Shown piece by piece: positions 40,766-55,088 of a DNA stretch of 64,000 bases. Source of the DNA: the human T2T-CHM13v2.0 reference genome, Homo sapiens. Position 1 is the stretch's first letter, and each line of letters begins with the position of its first letter. The translations under genes and the position numbers were made by a program. Where the stretch lies: assembly GCF_009914755.1 (NCBI RefSeq), contig NC_060925.1; one strand, 5' to 3'. The notes beneath the pieces are model-generated. The model did not search any database, had not been told where the DNA came from, and saw only the letters and a list, made by a program, of their open reading frames with translations.

Positions 40766-41646
40766 TGTGAGAAGAAAAGAGCCATCAGGAGCTGTCTCTC
40801 TCTGGCTGGTAGTGAAAAAAGATTAGGGCTGCCCAAGATTAAACAGGAGAGTTAAAAATGACAAACAGACTTCTAAACAGGATTAGAGTCTTAATGAAAA
40901 CCATAATGAATGGAAGAGCCACACAGATATCACCCATAAACGGCTATAAATATCAGACCAACAGATGAGATCCTAGATACTGCAGTTTGGAACCCCATCA
41001 AATTACTTCTATTATAATTCATCAATAAATAACCAGGACCAGCCTCATATTTAAGGTTCTATCATGCTTTGGAGAATAGGCTCTGAGGCCAGACAGACCC
41101 TGGTTTGAATTCTGTTTTTGCCTCTGATTTGCTGGGTTTTCTTGAGCATGTTAGTGTTATTTCTTCATCTTTATCCATAAAAACGTCTTAATCTATAAAA
41201 TGTGGATGATTATCTCCCTAATAGGAATGTTGTGAAGATTAAATTAAGTTCTGGACAGCTATAATAATAATTTATAATAATATTAACGCTTTATTATTAT
41301 GGTGATTGTTAAATTTCACTCTCTCTTGTTCCCTCTTCCATGCCCCTTTCAGCTTCCTAGGGTTAAGGAAAGCCCGTGAGATGCACCCATTGGATGGTGA
41401 GATCAGTAGGAAAATAAGGAAAAAAGGAGAAGGGAGATAGAAGGAATAGGAAATAATAGGAGAACAAGGCAGGGGGAAGAAAGCAGGAAGAAGGGAAGAG
41501 GAACAGAGAATAAGGATGGCAGAACCCTTAGATGTACACATTGATGTCATCCATGGTGCAGCGTCCACTTCCTCTTTGGGTGGTGGTTGCCAGGGGAAGG
41601 AGAGGTGCTGGAATAGCCAGACAATTAGGACATGATCTTCCCAAGA

Positions 41647-41997
41647 TTTTTAATATAAGAGCTTTAATGAGATAATTCACACACCAAAAAATTCACCAAA
41701 CTAGATTGCGCAATTCAATGGTGTTTTGTATATTCAGGAACTGTACAACCATTAGCACAATCCATTTCAGAATACTTTCATCATCCCCCCAAAAGAAACC
41801 CCATACCCATTAGTAGTCACTCCCATTCCCTCCTGCCTGCCCCAGCCCTAGGCAACACCAATCGACTTTCTGTCTGTAGGGATTCACCTATTCTGGGCAT
41901 TTCATAGAGATGGAATCATACAGTACGTGATCCTTTGTGACTAGCTTCTAGCATGATGTTTTCAAGGTTCATCCATATTGTAGCCTATGTTAGTAAC
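41647..41997 (-). mobile_element. L1MB-like 3' fragment
   Basis: ccccaaaagaaaccccatacccattag...ggaatcatacagta...ttttcaaggttcatccat. Confidence 0.8.
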
Positions 41998-42869
41998 TTC
42001 CTAAATTTCCTAATTCAGAGGCAAGAAGGTGAAAGAAAGGAGCTTAATATCCTCCCACATAAGCAAGTGTCATGATGGAAACTGTCCCACTGTTCACCCC
42101 AAGAAATCCCACTGATCCAGTTTAGTCATTAATATACACACTTAAGATATCAGGCAGCTGGATTCTTTCATTTTTACCATCAGGGAAACCGAAGCACAGT
42201 GAAATGATGTTTTCGAGTGTGGGCCTTTTGCACCCTCCACACACCTCTCATGAAAAAAAGAAAATGAAATAGGCTCCAAGTGTAAGGGTCTCTTGTCTCT
42301 TGGTTTTTATGATTTAGATTTAATGTTAAGAGACAAATAAGGGTCTCCTGGTAGTCTGTCCATATGTCTCTCTCTTACCTCTCCAAAGTGACAATTCCCA
42401 GTTCAATTTTTACAATGTAAAAGAATGACTCTCCTCTAATGGTTATCTGTCATTGTTTATGTTTAAAGTAATTTTATATGTTAAGACTGTAGCCTTAGGA
42501 TGCAGGAAAGCAGAAAGCAGTACCCTTGGGCCAAACGCAGTTTCTGAGGTTGGAGGAGCTTCTAATCTGGATTGAAAAGGACGCGGCTAGTCATTGGACT
42601 TAGAAAACATAAACCACCTTTCTTCTATAACTGAAGTGAGATGTGTCCCTAAGGGAAGCTACTTGGAGAGTTACGGGAATGACCAGGTATCTATTCCATC
42701 TAGTTGACCCCAGAGAGAGAAACTATTTAAAGCCTATGTTGTGTGTGCAGCTTCACTCTGCACTGACGTCTACCAACATTGCCCCGTGGCCACTAGATGT
42801 TAGTCTAGGGCCACTGGTAAAGAAACTGAACTTCATAAAAAGTAGAACCAATCCAGTGGTTGTCAGAAT

Positions 42870-43132
42870 AGAAAACCAAGTATCACACGTTCTCACTTAC
42901 AAGTGGGAGCTAAATGAAGGGAACTCATGAACACAAAGAAGGGAACAACAGACACTGGGGCCTACTTGAGGGTGGAGGGAGGGAAGGGGGAGAGGAGCAG
43001 AAAAAACAACTATTGAGTACTGGGCTTAGTACCTGGGTGATGAAATAATCTGTACAACAAATTCCCATGACCCGAGTTTACCTAAATAACAAACCTGCAT
43101 ATGTACCCCCGAACCTTAAATAAAAGTTGTTT
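42870..43132 (+). mobile_element. Truncated L1PA (older primate, L1PA13-16-like) 3' end
   Basis: gttctcacttacaagtgggagctaa...acctgggtgatgaaataatctgtacaacaaa...aaataaaagtt. Confidence 0.88.
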
Positions 43133-43134
43133 TA

Positions 43135-43549
<415 letters not shown>

Positions 43550-45264
43550 TCAAATATTGATTTAGCTTGAATTATAGGGAGAGGAAATTGTCCACAGCTA
43601 GGCCAAGCTGGTGTCACAGCGTCCTTAGTGGCCAGGCACGGCGGTAATGGTATAGGCCACAGCTAGAGAACGAGGGCAGAAGCTCAGAGAATGGGGTATA
43701 GCCATGACATTCGGGTATAAACACTGGTCACTTTCTATTTAGGCTATTCAGTGACTAGTATCTCCGGTTTTCTCAATGGATACTGTGAAAGTCTCAGAAC
43801 CAAATTCATTATTAGACCCAAATTCACTTCAAAATGTAACAATAACTATACCAAATGGCCTTTTGTGTAGGGCCATATTTCATGAAATAATATAATGTTG
43901 CCACTCTAAAAAGGTCAGGCATTGTTTATTAACGATGCCCAAGAATCTCATTAAATCCGGGAGGTGAGGATAACAGGAACTAACACAATGCGTTTGAAGT
44001 GATCTGTATACCAGTGAAGGCTGGTCTGGGACCAGAGGAGCAGTTTGGACTTCCCATGGCTACTGCCCTGAAGTCCCCATGCTCTTTGAAGGGCTGTCAT
44101 CCACTGCTCAGCATCTCTCTTCATTCCATCTGCCATGGGGGAGGCACTGGTTAGATTTACCCAGCCCTCAGATTCCTTCCTCCATCAGAATTTACCCCTT
44201 GGTTCATCCTTGGCAAACAAATAAGTGATCCCAGGTGAGAGAAATCGCATTCTGAGAAAAGCAAGGTGATGAGAATTTTCTCCATTAATCTGGGCATGCT
44301 CCAATTTGCACTAGGAGCATACATTTGCATGTTGAATTCCAGAAGCCCAATTCGAAGCATATTAGATAAAATAAAATTAATTCTTGTAATCCTCTGTGAT
44401 CATATTCAAACCGAATATTCTCAGCTTGGCACACAGAACAGGTTTGCCTGCCCGCTTTCCTCTGTACTTTTCTATTAAAATTATTTTCTCAAACACCTGA
44501 TTGAGTTCTGGCTGCACAAATGGCCCTGGGAGGGGATAGGCTGCTTCCAACCTGCATCCGCTCCCCAAGTAGCTTAAAGCCTGATGGGGGAAGACACCAC
44601 ATGGATAGATCCGGACAGGCAGTTTTACCATAAGAGTTAGAGAAATTCAGAGGACTGAATTCACTGTGATTGGGGTGGATTGAGATGGTTTTGAGCTCTG
44701 TTGCGGTCACAGGAGGAAAGACAACATGGAGATGGCAGCAGGCAGATATTCTGACCTTTGTGCAAGTTCAAAACACCTGCATGCTCTTTAGTCTGTACTG
44801 CATCCCCTCCTTCCAGGGAGGCTGGCAATGAGAGAGACAGCTCCTTAAGATGAGATGGTTAGCAGCTGAGCCCAGCAGGCCTCAGGGACTTGAAAAAAGG
44901 CCCACGACCATGAACGATTGGTGGGTGGGTCTCAGAGGGTGACAGCAGTGAGCAGGAGGCTAGCTTACCCTAACTCTCTGCAGAAATCTGTTAGACCCTG
45001 GGAAGCAACCTTGACCCCATGGGGTGGTTTGGTTCTTTCTGGCTCCCCCATGAGGAAACCACAGGCTTTTCCTGTGGTTCTGGAGATAGGGTCAGTCACA
45101 GACTATGTGGGCTTAGCTTGCCTGGGGGAATCAAATAGACTTTCTGCACACTAGTCTCTAGTGGTCCATGATCCAATGACTGCCCAGTGCTACCAAGGCT
45201 TGTATTGGAAAACTGAAGATCTTTTTAAAAAGATGTTCAATTTGTTTGTTGAATGTTTGCTGTG

Positions 45265-45445
45265 TTCTAGGCACTATGCTCATGAAGCATCTCATTTAAT
45301 CCTTGCAAGAACCTGATGGAGTGGATTCTAGCATTATTGACAGTTTTTCTAAGAGGAAACCGAAGGCTTAATGAGGACAGGTAACTTGGGGAAGGCTGAT
45401 GCTTAGGAAGGGTAGTGCCAGGACTCCAGATGTGCCTAACACAGA
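45265..45445 (-). mobile_element. MIR SINE
   Basis: catctcatttaatccttgcaagaacct...gaggaaaccgaaggctt. Confidence 0.65.
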
Positions 45446-47372
45446 GCCTATCCTCCCCACCATGCCATCCTGCCTCCCAACAGTAAGCAGGCAATTTGGA
45501 AGCGTGTTCAGAGCCTATGGTATCTTCCTGCCTGCCCTGCCTTCCCAGAGCACAGGCCCTGCTCTCACTCTCTCTTCTGCTACTCTCCTCACCTCCCTAC
45601 CTCAGAAGCACTCCTGAAAGGAAGCACACAAGAAGAGAGGCAGGCACACTGTGTCCTGGGCCCAGGGACAGGTGACCTTTCCAATTCAGCACCTTTATAA
45701 ATCTTACCTAATGAAGTTAAGAGGAAAAAGGAATTAATGAATAAACGAAGGTTAAATCACTCCCTGCAGAAAATTGATGCTGACAGCAAGGGCCAAGAAG
45801 AGAGCTTGGGAAGCAGGGAGCTGACTTGCACAAGAGGCTTTTAAAACTCCTTTCTCCAAATTTGAGGGAGGCATAAGGCTTGCCAATTCCAACAGGGGCA
45901 ATGAAAACTTTGGGAAGTCCAAGGAGATGGCCTGAAGAAAATGGAGTGAGAAAGCCATACTCTACCTTGGATGATTGTTTTTGCAGAAGCTGATTTGGGT
46001 ATGATACACATATGTGTGCATGTACACACACACATACATACACATACTCCTTTTATTTACTCACAACCAGTAAATAAAAGGTCACATTTATGCTGTATAC
46101 ACCATTAACTCCTGCAGCCAATCAAGACATAGTTTGGGTCTGCCTGGCTCATTCCTGGCCTTCCAGGGACCAATGTGGCATGTCTTCTTGTCAGCACACA
46201 CTTGTTAGCCTCCTGTCTCCTTGTCACCACTACAATTGTCCCTATTCCCAACAGCCACCCTCCACTTCCCGAGGTGCACACCTCAGTCCAATTGGCTCAG
46301 AGGAGCTGCAGAGAAATGCATGGCTGGTCCCAGGGAGAAAGAGAAGGAAAAGCAGAAATAGCTGCTGGCCATGGCCAGCCAGCCGGGCTGGGAGCTGATG
46401 TAGGGAGTAGAAGAGGATGAAGGGAAAAGGATGAAAACAACCTGGTAAAGCTCAAAAAGTTGGATGAGGGGCCAAGAGAGAGAGTATGCTGCTGACTTAC
46501 GGAGTAACTCCGGGGCAGCCACTCGCTAGCCTCAAGCTCAGTTTAGCTGCTCAGTAAAACGGGGTGAGAAGAAGAGGCCTGCAGGAGAGAATCTGCAGTA
46601 GAAATCCCCCCTGGCGGGAGCAGCGAGTAGGGAAGATCAATAGCTCTGACTGCCCCTCCTCTCTGTGCCCACAGGTTTTTAGGAATCTGATCATGAAGAC
46701 AGGCAGGCTCCGAGGGCCCAGCACAGCCTGCCCATCTTGCAGCATGATTCTGCCTGGGAGTCAGGGAACCCACACTGGCTGATGGAGGGCTGGGAGAGCT
46801 GCGGGGAGCCTGAGGGGCGGGCAGAGAGATCCGGAGCCAAGAACTGACTAGATCAACCAGTAAATAAAAGGTCACAATGATTTTTCCAGGCACCCAGGGA
46901 GAAGCAGACAAGAGAGCCCAGCTGACGGCAGGAGCTGACAACTGGCAAATGAGCCTCCACAGTTATCTGTTTTCCTTCCTTATTCTTGTCTCATAAGACA
47001 GAGGCTAGAAATAGATGCAACTGGCAGATGACTTAAGGATGAAAAATGGGCAACGTGTTAGTTGTGGGGGACTCCATGGTAGTGAAAGAGGGAGATTACC
47101 TTGGAGGCAGGGAGAAAACACAGGGCTTAGCTAGAGCCATGGCTGAGGGTTTGGCTCTCACACTGTCCCAGGCATTGTATAGGGATTTCACCTTCTCAGC
47201 AGTCCTATCAGGTAGGTATTATTGTTATCCCCACTTTACAGAAGACAAGACCAAGGCTTAGAGAGGATACGCTAGGCCATATCAAAGAGTGATAGAGCCA
47301 AGATTTGAATACAATTCTAATTGCCTCCCAAGATGAGGCCTTACAGTAAACTAGAATGCCTCCTTTTCATAG

Positions 47373-47745
<373 letters not shown>

Positions 47746-49114
47746 CTAGTGTTTCTTGAGTACCTACTAAGTACCAAATGCTGTGGTATCTCTTGGGGAG
47801 ACAGAAGCAGCCCAGACAGGCAAGGTCTCTGCCTGTAATAAATGCTGCAGAAATGATACAATGAATGCCTGAAATGGGTGCACTATCTCATTTCCTTTAT
47901 CCTCTTTCCATGAACCTGGGATGGGCAGAGATCTTCCTTGCTGTACAGTCAGAGAAATGGCTGTCCTGAGGGGAGGGGATTGGCAAGGTTACAACGGGCT
48001 TCAGCACTGGAGCTCTGCCAGAGCTAGCATCTTTTTTCCTGATGATGTTACTTAGATACAGGGTATGTCCAGAGGACCTGCTGGTGAGCTTGCCACAGAG
48101 AGCACCAGGGGCTGGGTGCATGATGGCTTCCTACCAAGTTCTATGTTGTAGCAGCTGGGGCTGGGGGAATCCCTCTTAGGAAAGGTGGGTGGATTGAGCC
48201 CCCCTGAAGGCTGCTCACCTGCATGCTGCAGAAATTCTGTGAGGATGGATGCCTCCTAATCCTTGCCTTCAGCTCTGCCAGTATCAAGTTTTGGGAAATA
48301 GTCCTTGAATATACCAAACTCTCTCACACTCCCAAGCTTTCCTTAACTTGAACAATATTTCTTTGCTTTTTTATTCCACTGGGTGAGCCCCTCCCCTCTC
48401 ACGATTCACCTAGAGCATCACCTCCTCCAGGAAGCCTTCCTTGACTCACAGGCTATATTGGGTGGTGCCCTCTCCTGTAATCCCAGCACTCTGCATACTG
48501 TATTGTAACTCACTACTTACTTGTCTATTTTCCATATGTATGTGTGATAGTGCAAGGATAAGCTCTTTGCTGTGAGCACAGTTGGTCCTCAAAGGCTGTT
48601 TGATGAGCTATTTAATGGCTAAGTGGCTAGAACATTTTTTTCATCTCAGTTCATTCTTCCCTCTCCTGTCTTCCTTCTACCTGGCTTGCATCTCTGCCCA
48701 CCTCTTTCTTATAATTAAATATTAGTTGAGGGACAGAGGCTGAACCCAGACTGTTTGCTAAGTCACCAACAGCTGATGACACAGTCAGCCTTCTCATCAC
48801 CTGGTGGGAGTTTCAAACCCCAACCTGTTTGCAAGGTGGGGACCAGTCATAACTGGGGGGAACAAGGTGAGGTGAGGGAGGTAACTTGAGGCACAGTGGC
48901 AAAGGCTCAGGGAACTTAACCACAAGGCATGCACTCTATGAAGTGGAGATTGCGGCTGAAAAGCTGAGTCCCTGAGCTGGCCTGCTACAGAAAGATCAAA
49001 GGGCCAGCTGGAAATGCAGCCAAGCTGGGCTCTAAAAACAGTGTAAAGCTGGGAGGAGAAGGGCTTGAACACACATTTCCCCCAGTGGGTACATGCAATG
49101 GCATATGAAAGAGC

Positions 49115-49167
49115 CTAACACTAACATAGTGAAGACACTAACACTAACATAGTGTAGACACTAACAC
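49115..49167. repeat. 23-bp tandem repeat (about 2.3 copies)
   Basis: ctaacactaacatagtg(a/t)agaca. Confidence 0.9.
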
Positions 49168-51519
49168 CCCCAGAACACACAGGAACGTTTGCTCTCATCT
49201 CACTCACCAACCCCACCAACTTCTGTTCTCACAAGCACATGCATACTCGAACCCAGGTCAGCCTCCGAGCGCTGTGCACACAGCCTCCATTCCATACACA
49301 TTCATGGCTAGAAGGAATGCACCCAATGTCATTGCCGCAAGGGGCATTCAAACACATTTTATCAATGGGGAAAATGAGGCTCCAGTTGACCTTGACTCAG
49401 ATGTGTGGTGAGTGACTCTTGATGATTGGCACAGGCAGACTCTTACCTACTCCTCCCCGGCCACTCTCCCATCACCCCTCTGCCATCCTGCCACCTCCCT
49501 CCCGCAACAAACTCCCTGGCAGTTCAAAGTTGGATTCCAAATTTTGTCCCTAGGATCAACCCCATTGAGAAACCTTATCTGACAGACAGCATGTGCCAGT
49601 GGCTGGCCAGAACTCACAGGTGGTGAGAAAAAGCCCCCCACATATTTCTGTAAATGAGTACAGCTGGTCACTTCTGGCTGAGGAGTTCAGAGGCCTTCAC
49701 TAAAGAAATCAAAAAGTGGTGGTCAGCTTCCCACTTCATGGGAACCCTGTGTTCACAAAGATGTCCCTGGATAAAAGGCCTGAGAGGAGCTGTTCAAGCC
49801 TGAACCATTTGTATGAGAAATCTGCTGGGGTGGAGACCAACACCTTTCCCCTCCCTCAGGGGCACCCAGAGCCCTGGCCCACATACAGAGGGACCTTGCC
49901 AAGTCCCGGCCACGCACCCCAGGACTTCCAATTGCGCTTGTCTCCAGGGGTTCACTGACTTCCCCTTTGCCTCTGCCCCTCTTCCTGATGCATGGTGCCG
50001 CTCTCGACACCTCTGAACCTGCATCTTCACACTACAGAAACCGTCCTAGTCATCAGTGGATGGAAGTAACTTTTCATGACGGCTCCTCTGATGTTGCCAT
50101 CTTTCGTGTTGATCAAAACAACAAAACGAATCAGACTCTCGGCATCTGATTGAAGCCTAATTGGAAATCCAAAGTGGCACTAAATGTTATGGTCTAAATA
50201 AAACACATTCAATTACTGAAACTCAACGCAGGGAACACAAGGGAGCGCTCCTGGAAGGAGCTGAAAAGCAGGCTGCAGAGCTCTGGGGTGTCATTCCGGG
50301 GCCCCCTGTGTCTGGCTGGATAAGACTTAAGATGGGGAACACAGGAGGCTTTCTTGAGTCTGAGAACCTCTTACTTAGGGCCAGGGATTGAGCTGATATG
50401 GGTTTGCATGGTTCACACTTGAAACAGCACCAGAGAAGCTGAATCGGGGCTTCAATGCCTCACATGTGTTCTGCAGCTGCCCTCCTTGAAAAGGTTTTTC
50501 CTTTGCCAGACCGACGAGCTTTGGATGGGGGTAAGAAAATATGCAGAGGAGTCATGATGTCTCCCGCTGGGGTCTCTGCATGGGCTCTCCTGGTGCTAGG
50601 GGAGGGCGAGCAGTCCAGGAGCTTTGCAGCCACACAGACAGGCTCCTCACTCCCGGCTATGCCTCCTAAAAGTCATAGACACACCTAGCTCAGATCCCTC
50701 AACATTGCTGCACCTGGCCTTCCTCATTTGTCAAACGGGGGAGATAATACCTGTCTTCCCAGGTTCTTGTGAAGAGGGGAGATCATGCTCGTGAGGCGCT
50801 TGGCTGGCTGCGCAGGAGAAACTCCGCGGTAACTTCCTGGGGCGAGGTGCTTTTTCTCCCTGCATTCTGACCACCTGCAGAGGCATTTCCCCTGACTGTC
50901 CATGTAGGGCCCGGGGCAGTGCTTGCTTTCCTTTATTGGTTTTTTAAACTAAACAGTGCACTACTCCAATCTCCTTGAAGGTGTCAAATGAGGAGTTACT
51001 GAGTCTGTGCTGGCCTCCTGGAGCCCAGAAAGCCGCCTCTGAACCCTTTTCCTAACTGGGAGCCGGGTGTGGGGAGAGCAGGAGGGGAGGAGCCTTCTGC
51101 AGCCACAGGGCAGCCAGGGGGCGCTGTCTCAGGAAGCTGAAGAGGTGTGGATTTGGCTTCAGAGGTGTGGGGTGGAGTCCCAGCCCTGCTGTTGGACAGC
51201 TTGGTGGCCCTGGGCAAATTACTTAGTCAGTTTGAATTTCAGTTTTGTTATCTGTTAAAAAAAGGCAAGGACAATAATACTTATCTCATAGGACTGGTGT
51301 ATTAGCTGAGGCCATGTTTGTAAACTAAAATAAGAAAAACACGGCAAAAATATTAGTTAGATTTCAACACAGCTTAAATAAGGTAGGGCTGAGAGGCAAG
51401 GCAGGGTGGTTAAGCTTTTTTTAGGTGTGGCTGTTTGCAAAGCATGACCTGCAGGGCTTGGCCTGATGATGAAGTATGGGGGCACAACTGTAAAAATATA
51501 ATTACTACTACTACCATTT

Positions 51520-51710
51520 ACTAAGCGGGTAGTAGGTTCCTGGTACTTTTCAGAGTGCTTTTTATGCATTAATTAATTTAATCTTCAAACAGATGCCATA
51601 ATTATGCCCATTTTACAGGTGAGGTAACTGAAGCACAGAAAGGTGAAGCAACTTGCCCAAGGTCACATGGCAGTAAGCAGTAGAGCCAGGGCTTGAACCC
51701 AGGCTGGCTG
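51520..51710 (-). mobile_element. MIR SINE
   Basis: cccattttacaggtgaggtaactgaagcacaga...acttgcccaaggtcaca...ttgaacccagg. Confidence 0.8.
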
Positions 51711-54639
51711 CTCCCCATGGCTGTCAGGAAACTACTGATAGTCAATCATTGTCTGCTTCTCCACATTCGGCTTGGTATACCCTTTCTTCTCCGGAGTCAC
51801 TGCCCCCTCAGACCTCTCATCTCCTCTTCTGTAAAATAAAGGGCTGCTCTTCACTAGAGAATCTCTGGATAAACCAGCTCTGGATTCTTGTGTTAGGGAG
51901 AGGGTGAGTCCCCCGAGTGACCCCAATTAGGGAGGGAACCAGGACAGGTCCCTTCCTGGTGGTATGCGTTTATGAGTTACTTTAATCATTGAATACATAG
52001 TACATCTCTTCTACAGCATTGCTCTGATGTACAAATAAATAACCTTATCTTGTGATTTATCTATACATCATTGCGCTTCTCCAGAATTTGACCACCTTGA
52101 GGGCAGGGATTCTATTTTATTTTTTGCTATACAAAAGCATACGTAATAGTGCTATTGTTGCATTGAAAACAGCAAAAAGAAATCAAGAAGGTACTTATCT
52201 TCCTGGCAGCCCTATTTAGAAGGAGACTTTTGCTGGAATATTACTTAGAAAGACAGCCCTATCTATATCTACATATGCAAATGACTTGTCAGTGGACAGC
52301 TCTATGCATTATACATGGTCAACACTTAATGGTCTATTGAATGAATGAGTCTGCATATGCAAACAATATGCAAATCTTTCCCTATTTTAATTTGACCCTT
52401 CGGAACATCTTCAGGAACTCTCTTGGGCCTAGGTTGTTTTAATGTTGCTAATTAAAAGTTTTTAAACACAGTGTTCACTCTTGTCTGTGCTGAGTGAAAC
52501 TGTTGTCAAGTTGGGAAAGGATGCTGGGCTAGACCAGGTTACTCAGGATTTACCCTGATTCTTCTGGTAATTCAGATGATGGCCTAGGCAAATGACTTTC
52601 CTCTCTGGAGGCATCAGTTTCCCCATATTTAAAAGAATGAAGGAGGGTAAGTTTCCTTCTGGTGAGACACTGTAACTTCCCATCTCCTGGTCATAGGAAC
52701 ATGATTCTGGGCAGTCAGTGTCATCCTTCAGCAATACCTATCTAGAAAGAAAAATCAAATCCCTCATCAAGGATTAGAGAGTCTCCAACCCCCTTGCCCA
52801 TTTAGAGAAATGAGGTTTTTGGCACCACTTCTCCCAGCCTGGGCATTGTATTCAATCATTTCTTTCCAAACCAAAGGATTTCAAAATAAGAGGCTGGAGT
52901 TTTCTCTCTTAAATACAGCAAGCCAAGTGTCTGATTAATAGGGTGGGTTTGCATTGCCTTTCCCTCATGTGAAAATATTTATTTAAAAAAAATACTCCGA
53001 TGAGAATATTAATAGCCAGAGAATCAGCTCCCTATCAGCCTCTTTGTTCCTTGACATTTGAAATGGGGGAAAGAAAGAGGAAAAAATCAAAACCCGGGTT
53101 TGAGGTGGTCATTGTTGCCTGCACCCACAGCCCCGGGAGGTGGGAGGCAGGACTCCGCCCTTTCTTTGGGAAAGGCACTGATGTGAGTGCTCAGCTCCTG
53201 GGCCACACTGGGGTCCTGCATCCTTAACCAGAAACACATGTGCATCAAAGCCTTGGATTGAAAGTGACACATTTTAAAACAAAAGTGCAGCAGCAATTCG
53301 CTTATCCTCACTTTCCTAATCCGCAAACTCTGTAATTCTCCCCAAAGTCCCTCAGGCTCAACTCTCCTCCCTGCCCCCTCACATTCCCTCCTCCCCAGAG
53401 GCTCAGCCAAGGCCTCCCAGCCCAGGCAGAAGGGAGGTCTCCTGTTACTGAGACCTTGCCCGCCTTGTAAAAATACACCTTGGCATGCTCTGCCTGCACC
53501 CTGGGAAGCCTTATCGCCTGGACTAAACAAATGTGCACAATCAAAATAATAGTCTGAGATGTCAAAATAAATGAGCAGGGGACATCTGGAAGTGTGACTC
53601 CCCACGTTTTTTCTTTCCCTTCCCCAAGGTCTTTAGGTGCCTTAGGGACTTAACAGTTCAGTAGCTTTGGCTACAGGTAGAAGACTTACTGCCCCATGTA
53701 TCACAATAGCACCTCTGAAAAGGATTCTTATTTTTGGTTCTAGATCCGGGTTAGTAGTTGACAGGGCCTCCTCCAAATGGAGGAAACCACAATTAGTTTT
53801 CTGGTGCAGCTGCTGGACATTGGTGGATGGTATGCTAAGGGTCTGGCCTGTCCTTCCATCTCTCCCCAGATACTGCGTAGGGTCTTCAAACAATGCAGAG
53901 AATTTCTTAGGGGGTGGTGGGGGGTCTCTCCTGCATTTAAGACCTTCAGGAAAGGGTGGCTTTACAATCTTTCCAAATAATTTTTGTTTCTGAAACTCCA
54001 AGCTGACAGTCTCCTTGCCCCAACTCTTTTAAATTACGTTAAACAGATGTGGTTAAAAAGCCAGTTTCCTGTAATCCATGGGGATGAGGTCCCACTCCCC
54101 CACATACTGAAGGTAAGTCACTGAGAGGCCTGCTCCTGTGCAAGATGAGACAATATTGCCACAGGAAGACTGCCTGGAGAGCTATTTATAAGCAGCATAC
54201 CCTCCATGGGAAAATTTCCAGGCAGTGTGATCCTGCTACTGATGGATTCCTGCAAACCCTTCCTGAAAGCATTTTCAGGGCCCACAGGCATTTGATAGAC
54301 CTCAGGTAGGACTTACACAACCTTCAGCAAATCAACAGCAAGCTTTAAAGTTGTCAGTACTTCCCCACATGTTTGAAGAAATCAGTCCAGCTTTGATGAC
54401 TCCAGCTGGGCGTTGGGTGTTGCACAATGCTGATGGGGCAGCTAAACAGGGTGCTCTCTGGGCCTCGTCTTTCTTATCTGGGGTCAGAATGGGTGCTCTC
54501 TACAGTCCTTACCAGCTCTGATGCTCTGTGATTCCATGACCTTGGTAGCTGGGGAATCATGTTCTTAATGTGTGTTCATGGACCACACGCATCAGAATCA
54601 CATGGGTGTTGGGCAGCAGAGGGAAGAGGCAAGCAGACC

Positions 54640-55088
54640 GACTGCGTGACTGCCAAAGCCAAGTCACAAAAAGGCGATGCAATTTCTACCTCATTATAGG
54701 GAGTACTCACTCTTGGAGTCCTCAGCTGCCACAAGCAAGAATTCTGACTGTCTTGGGGGCCGCCTGCTGTCAGGAAGCCCAACACACATGGCAGGGACTT
54801 GTCTAAGGCACTGTGGTCAACAGTCCCAACTGATCCCAGCTTCCACTTCCCAGACATGTAGGGGGAGAAGCTTCCAAATGATTCTAGCCCCTTGTCCTTC
54901 TAGTCAGTCCCAGCCATTTGTGTCATCCTAGCAGAGGCTGCAGACATTATAGAATAGAGATGAGCCGTCTTCAGTGCACCGTATCTGAATTCCTGACTTA
55001 CACAGTCTTTGAGCATAATAAAATGTGTTTTTAAAAATATCCCCAAACCTGGGGGTGGTTTGTTACAAAGCAGTAAATAACCAGAACA
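54640..55088 (+). mobile_element. MLT1-family MaLR LTR
   Basis: End ggggtggtttgttacaaagcagtaaataaccagaaca; tgaattcctgac...aataaaat. Confidence 0.7.

Noticed and set aside
40500-40855. His/Thr-rich ORFs
   Set aside because: Artefact of CA-rich low-complexity sequence
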